Shown piece by piece: positions 50,815-63,701 of a stretch of 64,000 bases of DNA. The stretch is from Gammaproteobacteria bacterium. GTDB taxonomy: Bacteria; Pseudomonadota; Gammaproteobacteria; Eutrophobiales; Eutrophobiaceae. The notes beneath the pieces were generated by a model. That model ran no database searches, had not been told where the DNA came from, and saw only the letters and a list, made by a program, of their open reading frames with translations. The translations under genes were made by a program, and so were the position numbers. The DNA lies in contig CBDEUK010000002.1 in the NCBI GenBank assembly GCA_965243205.1, positions 1,984,001 to 2,048,000 of the forward strand. The letters run 5' to 3'. Numbering within the stretch: position 1 is the first letter of the stretch; every line of letters begins with the position of its first letter.

Positions 50815-52935
50815 TTATTCAAATTGTACTTCACCTTCAGAGATTTGTTGGATACCCTCGATGAGATTATCCCACAATATCGATCGTCCGCTACCCATGA
50901 CATCTACCCAAGGCGGCAATAATCCACCTTGTGTCAAAATATAAAATCCATTTTCAGTATCTTTCACTCCTCCGAGATTACACACTCCTTTTTCCAAGCG
51001 ACAACTGATTCCGAATTGTCCATAGGAATAAGAGGGAACAAATCTTAAAAGGCTACTGGATAAGGAACTGCCGATACCGCCACCAATTTCAGAGATATTT
51101 TCCAAAGCTTTCTGACTTATACGATGAGGTCTCTGATCATCCTTTGGAGTTTCAAATTTGGCATCAAAGTAGACGGGTTGCCAATTTTCCAATGTGAAGT
51201 CATTCATATACCCATTTAAAGTCCCTTCCATTTTCCCGAAGGTAAATGTATCGGTTAAAATCTCGATATCAAGGTTAGTTAATTCAAGGTTGGATGTTAG
51301 TCTAGAGTTTGTACTGAATAAGTTTTCAATTTTAACACCATGCAAATAAATATCACCATCAAAGGCTTTAAAATCGATATCGCCAAGAATTTCTAAATTA
51401 TTATTCGTATATTCTACGCCTTCAATTTTACCTTCTAACGTCCCAGCCATGGTGGGCCAAGACATTGCTTCAGTAAATTGAGTTAAAGAGATAGGTTTTA
51501 ATGCACCGCCTAAAGATAACTTAAAATCAGTAGCGCCAATATTATCCAACTTTAGTGTTTTAATATCTAAACCGCCATCTAATAAAGTAACCGATTGCCA
51601 ATTCGTTAATGTGTAATTATTGGAGATAGATTCAAATGTCATATCAGCAGGGCCAAATGGTAATTTATAAATCGATAAAGCTTGCCATGTAATATTAGAT
51701 ATGTTGGTTGATTTTGAATCCTGCATTTGAATATTACTATTGAGTTTTTCAATACCAAATCGTTTTCGCTCATCAAAAATTGATAAATCATTTAGTAATA
51801 AATTTAAATATTTTAATTCTTCTTTTTCATGCTGAATGTCAATCGACATAGAGCCTTGTGTCATTAGATCTGAATAATTGGTGGGTAATAATATGGGTTC
51901 AATATATACAGGATATACTTTTGCAAGATCATTTGTAGATACTTGAAAGTGCGTCGATTCGGTTAAGTAATCAGTGGATAAATCAAATAGTCCTTTCCCA
52001 GTCGCAGTTATATGATTTTCATGAACAAATGAAAAATGATGCAAATCTATTTGCTTATGATCCAAAGAACTGTTTGCTGAGAAATGAATATTGATAGGTT
52101 CGTTTGTTAGATCGAAAAAAAAACCAGGTTGATTCTCGAATACCGTAAACCCTGGCGTTAAATACATCGCACCTTGAGTAAAGTTTGTTTGGTTTTCGAC
52201 AAGCCAATAATTTTTCTTCTTTTTTAAAGAAAAATTCGTTTCCAAACTTACATCTTCTAAAACTTGAGCAGCATCGAGAAATAAATTGTCAATTGAGCCA
52301 TTGATTTTTAGAGATATAATTTCTTCATGCATTAAAGTTATATTTGTTGAGAGATTTAACAACCCTTGTTGAATGGGGAATTCATCTTTGTAATCTTGAT
52401 AATGATTTAATGAGGCTAAGATATTTTCAATGCTGGTATCTTTAATGGATAAAGAAGCATTCCATAGCTGTTTGTTTTTCTTGGCTGTTATGGATTGAGA
52501 ACCTGAAAATAAGTGTAAGTTGTTAACCGAAAACTTTTTCAGCCCTTTATTTAAATCATAGATGAAAGAAATATTTGATTTTTGTTTTGATTTGCCTTGA
52601 AAAAGGGTTAATGATCCTTTTTTACATTCTAATTGTGAGTTTTCAAAAACATCAATCAAACAATCAACGGATATTGAATGGATATCTTCAATAAAATCCG
52701 TTTTTATATTTTTTGAACTTAGGTGTATTTGAATTTGTTGTAGTGTTTCAAATGATAATGACAATTCAATGTCTTTAATTTTAAGAAAAGGGGTTTCTAT
52801 TGAATCAAGTTCGGTAATTGATAAATTAATATCATTGATAGTAATTGCTTTGAATGAAAATAAGCAAAGACTTATAAGTAAAATACAATGTAAGCAAATT
52901 GATTTAGACAAATATAATCGCTTAATGAAAGACAT
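50815..52935 (-). CDS. YdbH-like intermembrane transport protein
   Basis: Beta-rich repeats, WPTMAGTLEG, FGKMEG, ISQKALENI; adjacent to ydbL. Confidence 0.7.
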   Translation of the reverse strand: MSFIKRLYLSKSICLHCILLISLCLFSFKAITINDINLSITELDSIETPFLKIKDIELSLSFETLQQIQIHLSSKNIKTDFIEDIHSISVDCLIDVFENSQLECKKGSLTLFQGKSKQKSNISFIYDLNKGLKKFSVNNLHLFSGSQSITAKKNKQLWNASLSIKDTSIENILASLNHYQDYKDEFPIQQGLLNLSTNITLMHEEIISLKINGSIDNLFLDAAQVLEDVSLETNFSLKKKKNYWLVENQTNFTQGAMYLTPGFTVFENQPGFFFDLTNEPINIHFSANSSLDHKQIDLHHFSFVHENHITATGKGLFDLSTDYLTESTHFQVSTNDLAKVYPVYIEPILLPTNYSDLMTQGSMSIDIQHEKEELKYLNLLLNDLSIFDERKRFGIEKLNSNIQMQDSKSTNISNITWQALSIYKLPFGPADMTFESISNNYTLTNWQSVTLLDGGLDIKTLKLDNIGATDFKLSLGGALKPISLTQFTEAMSWPTMAGTLEGKIEGVEYTNNNLEILGDIDFKAFDGDIYLHGVKIENLFSTNSRLTSNLELTNLDIEILTDTFTFGKMEGTLNGYMNDFTLENWQPVYFDAKFETPKDDQRPHRISQKALENISEIGGGIGSSLSSSLLRFVPSYSYGQFGISCRLEKGVCNLGGVKDTENGFYILTQGGLLPPWVDVMGSGRSILWDNLIEGIQQISEGEVQFE

Positions 52936-53815
52936 CCGATGATAAATAACGATCGCCACGGTCACATATAATAGTGACAATCACTGCATCTTCAAGTTCA
53001 TCAGCGAGTTTTAATGTACTGGCCATTGCACCGCCCGAAGAAACACCAGCAAAAATGCCTTCTTCTTTGGCTAAACGACGAGTCATTGCTTCGGCTTCTG
53101 CTTGAGTGACATCAATAATGCGATCAACGCGTTCACGTTCAAATATCTTTGGGAGATATTCTTTTGGCCAGCGACGGATGCCTGGAATACTGTCATCCCC
53201 CGCTGGTTGAATACCGATAATTTCTATATCAGGGTTTTGTTGTTTTAAATAAGTAGAAACTCCCATGATGGTGCCAGTGGTTCCCATCGAACTGACAAAA
53301 TGTGTGATCTTGCCTTGTGTATCACGCCAAATTTCTGGACCAGTACCATTGATATGCGCTAATGGGTTATCGGTATTGGCAAATTGATTTAAAACTATGC
53401 CTTTGCCTTCAGCTTCCATTTTATCTGCCAAATCACGCGCACCTTCCATACCTTCTTCTTTCGTAACAGGCACTAACTCAGCTCCGTAAGCACTCATAGC
53501 GCGTTTTCGTTCAACTGTTGCGTTATCAGGCATGATTAAAATCATTTTGTATCCTTTAATCGCTGCTGCCATCGCTAGTGCTATTCCCGTGTTACCACTA
53601 GTGGCTTCTATTAAAGTATCACCTGGCTTAATTACGCCACGTTGTTCTGCTTGTTGGATCATGCTAACCGCTGGCCTATCTTTTACTGACCCCGCAGGGT
53701 TATTACCTTCAAGTTTGGCTAAAATAGTATTGCTGGTATTTCCAGGAATGCGCTGTAAGCGAACTAAAGGCGTATTGCCGATAAACGATTCAATCGTAGG
53801 GAAATCTGTATTCAT
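52922..53815 (-). CDS. cysM: Cysteine synthase B
   Basis: KLEGNNPAGSVKDR, SSMGTTGT, IPGIRRWP, CDRGDRYLS. Confidence 0.96.
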   Translation of the reverse strand: MNTDFPTIESFIGNTPLVRLQRIPGNTSNTILAKLEGNNPAGSVKDRPAVSMIQQAEQRGVIKPGDTLIEATSGNTGIALAMAAAIKGYKMILIMPDNATVERKRAMSAYGAELVPVTKEEGMEGARDLADKMEAEGKGIVLNQFANTDNPLAHINGTGPEIWRDTQGKITHFVSSMGTTGTIMGVSTYLKQQNPDIEIIGIQPAGDDSIPGIRRWPKEYLPKIFERERVDRIIDVTQAEAEAMTRRLAKEEGIFAGVSSGGAMASTLKLADELEDAVIVTIICDRGDRYLSSDVFH

Positions 53816-53821
53816 ATAAGA

Positions 53822-54286
53822 TTAAATTAAGGTTTTGGCAAAGATTAAGGCATCTTCACGATCATTAATAGCGGGATAATAATTTTTACGCACGCCAACT
53901 TCATCAAAGCCAATATTTTGATAAAGTTGAATCGCATATTTATTCGAAGGTCTGACTTCTAAAAAGGCCGTATCGGTATTTTTTTGTTTTGCAATATCGA
54001 GTAAGAAATCCAATATCATATTGCCAAAGCCTTGGTTTTGACGATTAGGATCGACACAAAGATTTAAGATATGACATTCTCCAGCAGCCAAGATCATAAT
54101 CCCATAGCCAATCATTTCATGATTTTCTTCAAGTAACCAACATTGATAACCAACGTTGACACAATCACGAAAGATATTTGTCTTCCAAGGAAATTGATAG
54201 GCACGACTTTCTATTTCCATGACCGCAGCAAAGTCTTGTTCGGTCATAGGCCTGAAATTTAATGATGTTTCAAATACAGCACTCAT
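53822..54286 (-). CDS. rimI: Ribosomal protein S18 alanine acetyltransferase
   Basis: FPW, HILNLCV, FLEVRPSN, RKNYY..REDA. Confidence 0.93.
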   Translation of the reverse strand: MSAVFETSLNFRPMTEQDFAAVMEIESRAYQFPWKTNIFRDCVNVGYQCWLLEENHEMIGYGIMILAAGECHILNLCVDPNRQNQGFGNMILDFLLDIAKQKNTDTAFLEVRPSNKYAIQLYQNIGFDEVGVRKNYYPAINDREDALIFAKTLI

Positions 54287-54972
54287 GATATTTGCTCGTA
54301 CAACTCTTTAGCTTTAAGTAAATCTTGCCAAGATTTTTGTTTCTCTTTAGGCGAACGCAATAAATAAGCTGGATGATAAGTTACGATCACTGGAATCTTC
54401 TTATCAGAGTATTCATATTGCTTGCCGCGCATTTTACCAATCGGCGTATCAACCTTTAATAAATTTTGTGCAGCAATGCGACCCACTGCAACAATAAGCT
54501 TAGGTTTGATTAATGCAATTTGTTGTTTTAAATATGATTCACATTGAATAACTTCTTCAGGTTTAGGATCACGATTATTTGGTGGACGACATTTTAGAAT
54601 ATTAGCGATAAACACTTGTTCGCGTTTTAAACCAATCGCAATTAACATATTGGTTAATAGTTTTCCTGCTCTGCCAACAAATGGTTCGCCTTGTCTATCC
54701 TCTTCTGCACCGGGTGCTTCGCCGATGACTAATAAGTCAGCTTGTTTATCACCCACGCCAAACACGGTTTGGGTACGGGTTTTATGTAATTCACAATTCG
54801 TACAGTGGGTGACTGCATTACGTAGCTGTACCCAATCAAAGCTTTCGGTTTGGTTATTATCAGCGTCATTAATAAGTTCTGCTTCATTAAGAGCTTTTTC
54901 TTTTTTACGATCACGCCAGACATCAATGCCCATAGTTTGTAAAAACACTGTCTGGCGGTTTGATAAATCCAT
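54283..54972 (-). CDS. Family 4 uracil-DNA glycosylase
   Basis: [34 protein letters not shown]. Confidence 0.95.
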   Translation of the reverse strand: MDLSNRQTVFLQTMGIDVWRDRKKEKALNEAELINDADNNQTESFDWVQLRNAVTHCTNCELHKTRTQTVFGVGDKQADLLVIGEAPGAEEDRQGEPFVGRAGKLLTNMLIAIGLKREQVFIANILKCRPPNNRDPKPEEVIQCESYLKQQIALIKPKLIVAVGRIAAQNLLKVDTPIGKMRGKQYEYSDKKIPVIVTYHPAYLLRSPKEKQKSWQDLLKAKELYEQIS

Positions 54973-54973
54973 G

Positions 54974-56518
54974 TTAGATTTGATTCATCTGTGGATGTTG
55001 GCGTTCGATCGGATCTAAAGCTTTATTAATGGCATTGATGTAAGCTTTCGCAGAAGCAACGACAATATCGGTATCCGCACCTTGGCCATTGATGATGCGT
55101 CCAGCCTTGTCAATTCGCACTGTGACTTCACCTTGCGAATCGATACCCTTGGTGATGTTATTTACTGAATAAAGCTGTAAGTCGTAATCACTATTGATGA
55201 TCGATTCAATAGCCTTAAACGTTGCATCAACTTGACCACCACCTTCCGCAGTCGCATGTTTTTCTTCGCCATCTACTAAAAGCGTGATGGAAGAACTTGG
55301 TATTTCACCTGTCTCACTAAATGCCTTCATCGAAACTAATTTGATGCGTTCTTGTTCTGTCTCATGTTGGCTTTCAGTCACTAAAGCAACTAAGTCATCG
55401 TCATAGATTTCGTGTTTTTTATCGGCTAAATCTTTGAAGCGCGAAAAAGCCGCATTCAAGTCTTCTTCTTTTTCAAACTCGATATCCAATTCTTTCATAC
55501 GAGTTTTAAAGGCATTACGACCAGAATGTTTACCCAAGACCATTTTATTCGCATGCCAACCCACATCTTGTGCTGACATGATTTCATAAGTTTCACGGCT
55601 TTTAAGCACACCATCTTGATGAATGCCGGATTCATGTGCAAAGGCATTGGCGCCAACAATAGCTTTGTTTGGCTGTACAGCAAAACCTGTGATATTCGAA
55701 ACCAAACGAGAGCAGGTCATGATTTGGGTGGTATCAAGGCCTGTATTGCAGTTAAAAATATCCTGGCGAGTTCGAACGGCCATCACGACCTCTTCTAAAG
55801 ACGCATTACCTGCACGTTCGCCCAAACCATTAATAGTACATTCGACCTGACGTGCACCATTGATTACAGCGGATAACGAATTCGCAACCGCCAAACCCAA
55901 ATCGTTATGGCAATGCACTGAAAAAATGGCTTTATCTGAATTTGGAATCTTTTCGATCAACTGGCCAATCAAATCACCAAAGCGATGAGGCAAGTTGTAA
56001 CCAACAGTGTCAGGAATATTAATGGTGGTTGCTCCTGCATCGATTACGGCTTCGATGACTCGACACAAGAAATCCAATTCAGAGCGCCCAGCATCTTCAG
56101 GCGAGAACTCGACATTATCTGTATGGTTCCGTGCACGTTTCACAGCATGAATTGCCTGTTCTACTACTTGATCAGGTTCCATACGTAGTTTTTCACGCAT
56201 ATGAATCGGCGAGGTCGCGATAAAGGTATGAATACGGCCAGACTCAGCAGGCTTAATGGCTTCAGCAGCGGTATCAATGTCATTATCCAAGGCACGTGCA
56301 AGACCGCAGACGGTGCTGTCTTTAATTACTTCAGCTACTGCTTTAACGGATTCAAAGTCACCCGGGCTAGCAATTGGAAACCCCGCCTCTATCACATCCA
56401 CCTTCATCTTTTCCAAAGCCTTGGCGATGCGTAATTTCTCGTCTTTGGTCATCGAAGCGCCAGGGCTTTGCTCACCATCACGCAAGGTGGTATCGAAAAT
56501 TATTAATTTGTCACTCAT
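54974..56518 (-). CDS. leuA: 2-isopropylmalate synthase
   Basis: [31 protein letters not shown]. Confidence 0.97.
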   Translation of the reverse strand: MSDKLIIFDTTLRDGEQSPGASMTKDEKLRIAKALEKMKVDVIEAGFPIASPGDFESVKAVAEVIKDSTVCGLARALDNDIDTAAEAIKPAESGRIHTFIATSPIHMREKLRMEPDQVVEQAIHAVKRARNHTDNVEFSPEDAGRSELDFLCRVIEAVIDAGATTINIPDTVGYNLPHRFGDLIGQLIEKIPNSDKAIFSVHCHNDLGLAVANSLSAVINGARQVECTINGLGERAGNASLEEVVMAVRTRQDIFNCNTGLDTTQIMTCSRLVSNITGFAVQPNKAIVGANAFAHESGIHQDGVLKSRETYEIMSAQDVGWHANKMVLGKHSGRNAFKTRMKELDIEFEKEEDLNAAFSRFKDLADKKHEIYDDDLVALVTESQHETEQERIKLVSMKAFSETGEIPSSSITLLVDGEEKHATAEGGGQVDATFKAIESIINSDYDLQLYSVNNITKGIDSQGEVTVRIDKAGRIINGQGADTDIVVASAKAYINAINKALDPIERQHPQMNQI

Positions 56519-56618
56519 TTTTAAACTCCAAACAGAGCACGAATAGTAACTGGCTATTCATGCAACAACAACTTATGGCTAGCGTTTAAGCCAATGAAAA
56601 AATAGAAATATTTTGTGA

Positions 56619-56644
56619 GAAAAGAAAATGTGCCCGCTAGGGCA
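56619..56644 (-). terminator. Attenuator-like hairpin in the leuA leader
   Basis: TGCCC-TAGC-GGGCA followed by CATTTTCTTTTC. Confidence 0.55.
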
Positions 56645-56711
56645 GTAGACGTAGAGAAGCCAGCGATAAATCGCTAGAGATGATTAAAAGATTGATTGAA
56701 AAAGAATTCAT
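56637..56711 (-). CDS. Putative leu leader peptide (24 aa)
   Basis: MNSFSINLLIISSDLSLASLRLLP; 7 Leu codons, ending CTA-CGT-CTA-CTG-CCC-TAG; upstream of leuA. Confidence 0.65.
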   Translation of the reverse strand: MNSFSINLLIISSDLSLASLRLLP

Positions 56712-56791
56712 GAAGTTAAATATAAGCGCAAAATCAATTTTTGCAAGTATTCTAAAATTACGAGCCTGGTAAATGAGCCTATATAGACAAA

Positions 56792-57532
56792 CTAAGAATG
56801 AGCATCTCTTTTCTGGCGATGTTTACGAATTGTTACTAAGGTTAATACAGGCCCTGAAATTGCAAATACCAATGCAATTAAAAATAAGACCAGTGGTGGC
56901 GAGCTGGCGATAAGGATAAAGATCAACAGCAGAATAAACATAGCAATAAAAGGTACTTTGCCTTTGAGGTCAAATTCTTTGAAGCTATGAAAACGAAAAT
57001 TACTTACCATGAGCAATCCAGCGAAGATGGTGATCGGTAAGGCAAAGTATTCTAAATCCACGTATTCAATAATGGTGTAATCTTCTGCAAGCCAAATCAT
57101 TCCTGCCACCAAAGCAGCAGCAGCAGGGCTTGGTAAGCCTTGGAAATAACGTCTGTCATCGTTTTTTGCTTGGGTATTGAATCTGGCGAGTCTTAATGCG
57201 GCAGCAGCGGCATAGAGGAAAGCACCGAGCCAACCAAGTTTACCTAAATTATTTAAATTCCATGCGTATACAATTAAGGCAGGAGCCAGCCCAAAACACA
57301 CCATATCGGATAAGGAATCATATTGAACACCGAAATCACTCTGCGTGTTGGTCAATCTGGCAATCCTTCCGTCTAGGCCATCCATGATCATGGCAACAAA
57401 AATTGCTATCGCGGCTATTTCGAATTTGCCATTCATCGCGGAGATGATCGAATAGAAACCGGCAAACAAACCACTTGTCGTGAACAAGTTCGGTAGTAAG
57501 TAGATTCCTCTAGTACGTTTTCGAGTAGCCAT
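56792..57532 (-). CDS. pssA: CDP-diacylglycerol-serine O-phosphatidyltransferase
   Basis: LPNLFT, DGLDGRIAR..FG..YDSLSD, LRLARFN, FQGLPSP. Confidence 0.94.
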   Translation of the reverse strand: MATRKRTRGIYLLPNLFTTSGLFAGFYSIISAMNGKFEIAAIAIFVAMIMDGLDGRIARLTNTQSDFGVQYDSLSDMVCFGLAPALIVYAWNLNNLGKLGWLGAFLYAAAAALRLARFNTQAKNDDRRYFQGLPSPAAAALVAGMIWLAEDYTIIEYVDLEYFALPITIFAGLLMVSNFRFHSFKEFDLKGKVPFIAMFILLLIFILIASSPPLVLFLIALVFAISGPVLTLVTIRKHRQKRDAHS

Positions 57533-57588
57533 TCAGTTTCCAGATGTTAGTCCATGTTTAAAAGTCGTCTAGTAATAATAGACGTTGT

Positions 57589-58260
57589 TTATTTAGAATG
57601 ATTGTTTGAATTATCTTCAACGGCACTGACAGGTTCTTCATGCACGATATGACATAAAATACTGGAGCCAGATTCGACGATATCGCCGGGCTTAACATCA
57701 AGTCGAGAGTTTTCTTTTACGAAGACATCAACTCGGCTACCGAAAAATAAATAGCCACATCGTTGGCCATGACCAATGCGATGACCAGATTGTAAATAAA
57801 TTCGATAAAACCAACTGGCTTTTGAAAAGTGTAATGCAGTTACTACATCATCTTTTTCATCGGTTTGAATCCAATAAGCATACTCGCGAGAGCTAGTCGT
57901 TTCATGTAATTTCTTGCTCCATTGATTCATGATTTTGCCTTCAATGGGGCTGCGTAATGAAAAAATATCCCAGAATGACATTTTGATGCGAATGCGTTTG
58001 GCTTTGCGTTCTAGCCAAGTATTTTCAACCATTTCTATCGATTCAATTTTGCCATGAACCGGGCTGACAATACCGAGTGGTAATGATGGAATGAGTTTAG
58101 GTGGATCGCGGAATAAAAATATGAAAAGTAAGAACAGAGCTAAAAGCAGACAACCTAAAAGAGGGCTTATATATGCATAAGCTAGAAAAAATAAGCTGGC
58201 TAATATAAATAGTATTAACCAGCCTTCTCTTGCGATATATGGATAACTATTACTAGGCAT
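57589..58260 (-). CDS. psd: Phosphatidylserine decarboxylase-like protein (short type)
   Basis: IAREGW, FRDP, SPVHG, FGSRVD; expected catalytic His not evident. Confidence 0.7.
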   Translation of the reverse strand: MPSNSYPYIAREGWLILFILASLFFLAYAYISPLLGCLLLALFLLFIFLFRDPPKLIPSLPLGIVSPVHGKIESIEMVENTWLERKAKRIRIKMSFWDIFSLRSPIEGKIMNQWSKKLHETTSSREYAYWIQTDEKDDVVTALHFSKASWFYRIYLQSGHRIGHGQRCGYLFFGSRVDVFVKENSRLDVKPGDIVESGSSILCHIVHEEPVSAVEDNSNNHSK

Positions 58261-58324
58261 ATAAGAGCTGAAAACTTTCTACAATGTTTTCAGAGGTATT
58301 TTGTCTGTACTAAAAAAAGATAGT

Positions 58325-59877
<1,553 letters not shown>

Positions 59878-59879
59878 AA

Positions 59880-61616
59880 TTAAGCGAGTTCCCGTTCAGA
59901 GGTATTAGGTGCTAGTTCCATTTCGTGGTGACCTTTACCATTCGCAATCATTGGATAGACATTTTCCGTATGATCGGTAATAAAATCGATAAAGGTTAAG
60001 CGGTTTTTGTTTTTCAAGGCTTCTTTTATAGCGCCTTCTACGCCTTTGGCATCTTCCACTCGAACTCCAATATGGCCATAAGCTTCGGCTAATTGTACGA
60101 AGTCTGGAATGGTTTCCATATACGAATGAGAGTAACGTTTATCATAGAAGAATTCTTGCCATTGACGAACCATGCCCATGTAACGGTTATTCAAATTGAT
60201 AACAATGACTGGTAGGTTGTATTGCAAGCATGTTGAGAGTTCTTGAATACACATCACGATACTGGCATCACCTGTGATACACACAACAACGTCTTTCGGG
60301 AAGGCTAGTTTTACACCCATAGCTGCAGGCAAACCAAAGCCCATAGTGCCTAGGCCACCTGAATTGATCCAACGGCGAGGTTTATCGAATGGATAATATT
60401 GAGCTGCCCACATTTGGTGTTGGCCTACATCCGAACAAACATAAGCATTGCCTTTAGTCAGTTCATAGACTTTTTCAATCACATATTGAGGTTTAATGAC
60501 TTTATTGGTTTTGTCGTATTTCAGGCAATCCATACTTTGCCATTGTTTGATTTGATCCCACCATGGTTTGATTGCAGATTTAGATGGTTTTGCATCAATG
60601 GCTTGAATGGCTTTAGTCAATTCGATCAATACGTGTTTCGTATCGCCAACGATTGGAATATCAACGGCAACGTTTTTTGAAATCGATGATGGATCAACAT
60701 CAATGTGAATGATCTTGGCGGTAGGACAGAATTTTTCTAAATCACCCGTTACTCGATCATCAAAACGCGCACCGATAGCAATTAATACATCGCAATGATG
60801 CATGCCCATATTGGCTTCATAGGTTCCATGCATACCGAGCATGCCGATAAACTGTTTATCAGTTGCAGGATAAGCGCCTAAACCCATTAAGGTATTGGTG
60901 ATTGGGTAGCCTAAGAACTTAGTGAATTTGGTAAGCTCTTTACTGGCTTCACCTAAGATTACTCCACCACCCGTATAAACCATCGGTTTTTTAGCGCTTA
61001 GAATTAACTTAGCGGCTTTTTTGATTTGCCCAGGATGCCCTTTTAAAACAGGTTTGTAAGAACGCATATCCACATCTTTTGGATATTCGTATACGCAGCT
61101 ATCGGCGGTGATATCTTTCGGAATATCTACGACGACAGGTCCAGGACGACCACTGGTCGCCACATAAAAAGCTTGTTTAATCGTTTTGGCTAAATCTTTA
61201 ACATCTTTAACTAAGAAATTGTGTTTTACACACGGTCGAGTAATACCAATGGCATCGGCTTCTTGGAAAGCATCGTTACCAATCAAATGGGATGGTACTT
61301 GCCCTGAGAAAACCACCATTGGGATTGAATCCATATAGGCAGTTGCAATGCCAGTAATGCAGTTGGTGATACCTGGACCAGAGGTGACTAGGACGACACC
61401 CGGTTTACCCGTTGCGCGTGCGTAACCGTCAGCAGCATGGCATGCGCCTTGTTCATGACGGACGAGAATGTGATCGACGGCTGTTTGTTTATACAGCTCA
61501 TCATAAATATGTAGTACAGCACCACCTGGGTAGCCGAATAAATGTTTGATACCTTCGTCGGCTAATGCCTTACAGAAGATTTCTGCACCTCTAAATGTTT
61601 GTTTTGATTTAGCCAC
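59880..61616 (-). CDS. ilvI: Acetolactate synthase large subunit
   Basis: FGYPGGA, RHEQ, TSGPG, GMHG, RFDDR, SGGLGTMG, GMVRQWQ. Confidence 0.95.
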   Translation of the reverse strand: MAKSKQTFRGAEIFCKALADEGIKHLFGYPGGAVLHIYDELYKQTAVDHILVRHEQGACHAADGYARATGKPGVVLVTSGPGITNCITGIATAYMDSIPMVVFSGQVPSHLIGNDAFQEADAIGITRPCVKHNFLVKDVKDLAKTIKQAFYVATSGRPGPVVVDIPKDITADSCVYEYPKDVDMRSYKPVLKGHPGQIKKAAKLILSAKKPMVYTGGGVILGEASKELTKFTKFLGYPITNTLMGLGAYPATDKQFIGMLGMHGTYEANMGMHHCDVLIAIGARFDDRVTGDLEKFCPTAKIIHIDVDPSSISKNVAVDIPIVGDTKHVLIELTKAIQAIDAKPSKSAIKPWWDQIKQWQSMDCLKYDKTNKVIKPQYVIEKVYELTKGNAYVCSDVGQHQMWAAQYYPFDKPRRWINSGGLGTMGFGLPAAMGVKLAFPKDVVVCITGDASIVMCIQELSTCLQYNLPVIVINLNNRYMGMVRQWQEFFYDKRYSHSYMETIPDFVQLAEAYGHIGVRVEDAKGVEGAIKEALKNKNRLTFIDFITDHTENVYPMIANGKGHHEMELAPNTSERELA

Positions 61617-61846
61617 AACTTAAACTCAGTCAGTAATAGTAATTACGGGCCTTAATAGATATTCTATTAAGAATAATATCTTGTTTATTATAGTATCTGA
61701 TGAAGGACAAAGATGACGTTCAAATCCGTTTTATTATTATTTAGTAGTCATCGAAATTCGAACTAAGGATAGCAATATAGCCTAGCTCGATAGTCAGCCT
61801 TCACGATAAAACTAGCCCTGTAACGCATCAGACACCGAGCCGATGA

Positions 61847-61875
61847 AAGGTACTTATTATCGAGCCTGAGGTCAA
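61847..61875 (-). promoter_or_regulatory. Putative sigma-70 promoter of ilvIHC
   Basis: TTGACC-N17-TACCTT, implying a 5' UTR of about 225 nt. Confidence 0.5.
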
Positions 61876-61974
61876 GTCTACAGCGCATATACAGGCTTTT
61901 TAAACTTCAACTTACCAAGTTTTTCGCCATGCGCTAAGATACGCCACCAATTTGAATTTTAAGAAGCTCCAGAA

Positions 61975-63687
61975 ATGCGTATTTCCCAATTTTTAATATC
62001 CACAATCCGAGAAACTCCAGCAGATGTTGAGATAGTCAGCCATCAATTGATGTTACGAGCGGGTATGATCCGTATGCAGGCTGCGGGTATCTATACCTGG
62101 CTACCCTTGGGTTTGAAGGTCTTACGTAAAGTTGAAGCGATTGTGCGTGAAGAAATGAATCGAGCTGGCGCGCAAGAATTATTAATGTCGGGTGTACAAC
62201 CGGCTGAGTTATGGCAGGAGTCTGGTCGTTGGGAACAATACGGTCCAGAGTTGTTACGACTACAAGATCGCCATCAGCGAGATTTTTGTCTTGGACCGAC
62301 TCACGAAGAGATCATCACAGATGTAGTGCGTCGAGAAATTCGCAGTTATAAACAGCTGCCAGTGAATTTTTATCAGATCCAAACCAAGTTCCGAGATGAG
62401 ATCAGACCGCGTTTCGGCATTATGCGCGCGCGCGAGTTTTTAATGAAAGATGCTTATTCATTTCATTTGACTGAAGAATCCTTACAAGAAACATACGATG
62501 TGATGTTTGATACTTATCATCGTATTTTTTCTCGGTTTGGTTTGAATTTCCGTGCCGTTGAAGCGGATAGTGGCAGTATCGGTGGTGCAGTATCACATGA
62601 GTTCCATGTGTTGGCGGATTCAGGTGAGGATGAAATTGTATTTACTCAATCGGGCGATTACGCAGCGAATATTGAACGTGCCGTGTCTGCGATGCCTGTA
62701 GGTGAAAGAGCTGAACCGACTCAAGAGATGCAAGAAGTTGATACTCCAAATCAACACAGTATCGAAGAAGTAAGTCAGTTTTTAGAAGTAGAGCCTTTTC
62801 AAGTTTTAAAAACTTTAATTGTTGAAGGTGAGAAAGAAGGTAGCCTAGTTGCATTGGTATTACGCGGAGATCATGAATTAAATGCTATCAAAGCAGAAAA
62901 ATTGGATGGTGTAGCTAATCCATTACGTATGGCGAATGAAAAATTGATCCAACAACAACTGGGTTGCAAAGTTGGTTCGATAGGACCTGTAGGCTTAGAT
63001 ATTAAAATTGTTGTCGATCATAGTGCTGCTCATTGTTTAGATTTTATTTGTGGAGCTAATGCTGATGGTAAGCATTTGAAAGGCGTGAATTGGCAGCGTG
63101 ATCTACCATTACCTGAAACTGCAGATATTCGAAATGTTCAAGCAGGCGAAATGGCAGCAGATGGTTCTGGAACATTAGAAACTGCACGTGGTATAGAGGT
63201 AGGCCATATCTTTCAACTTGGTACAAAATACAGTTCTGCATTAAAAGCCACATGTTTGAATGAAAAAGGTGAAGCTCAGACTTTGATCATGGGTTGTTAT
63301 GGCATTGGTGTTTCACGTGTAGTGGCAGCTGCGATAGAACAGAATCATGATGATAAAGGCATTATTTGGCCTGAATCCATCGCACCATTTCAAGTGAGCT
63401 TGGTTCCAATCAATATGTATAAGTCTGCGCGATTGCGTGAAGCCGTCGAACAATTATATGAAGAATTAACCGCTGCAGGTTTAGAAGTTCTGCTTGATGA
63501 TCGTAAAGAACGCCCAGGCGTGATGTTTGCTGATGCGGAATTAATTGGCATTCCACATCGACTAACTTTTAGTGAACGTGGTTTGGATGCAGGGAAGATC
63601 GAATATAAAGGTCGTAGTGATACGGAGAATCAAGAAATTGAATTAGGTAATGCAGTGCAATTTCTAACGGATAAATTATCTAAATAA
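61975..63687 (+). CDS. proS: Proline-tRNA ligase
   Basis: [36 protein letters not shown]. Confidence 0.98.
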   Translation: MRISQFLISTIRETPADVEIVSHQLMLRAGMIRMQAAGIYTWLPLGLKVLRKVEAIVREEMNRAGAQELLMSGVQPAELWQESGRWEQYGPELLRLQDRHQRDFCLGPTHEEIITDVVRREIRSYKQLPVNFYQIQTKFRDEIRPRFGIMRAREFLMKDAYSFHLTEESLQETYDVMFDTYHRIFSRFGLNFRAVEADSGSIGGAVSHEFHVLADSGEDEIVFTQSGDYAANIERAVSAMPVGERAEPTQEMQEVDTPNQHSIEEVSQFLEVEPFQVLKTLIVEGEKEGSLVALVLRGDHELNAIKAEKLDGVANPLRMANEKLIQQQLGCKVGSIGPVGLDIKIVVDHSAAHCLDFICGANADGKHLKGVNWQRDLPLPETADIRNVQAGEMAADGSGTLETARGIEVGHIFQLGTKYSSALKATCLNEKGEAQTLIMGCYGIGVSRVVAAAIEQNHDDKGIIWPESIAPFQVSLVPINMYKSARLREAVEQLYEELTAAGLEVLLDDRKERPGVMFADAELIGIPHRLTFSERGLDAGKIEYKGRSDTENQEIELGNAVQFLTDKLSK

Positions 63688-63701
63688 TATCGTTTGCAGG
63701 A

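Noticed and set aside
50129-52935. ydbH-like plus lipoprotein-YdbL pair as a new system
   Set aside because: Corresponds to the known YdbH-YnbE-YdbL type module.
61763-61828. 21-aa uORF (MRYRASFIVKADYRARLYCYP) as an ilv attenuator peptide
   Set aside because: Not enriched in Ile/Leu/Val, with no SD or downstream terminator.
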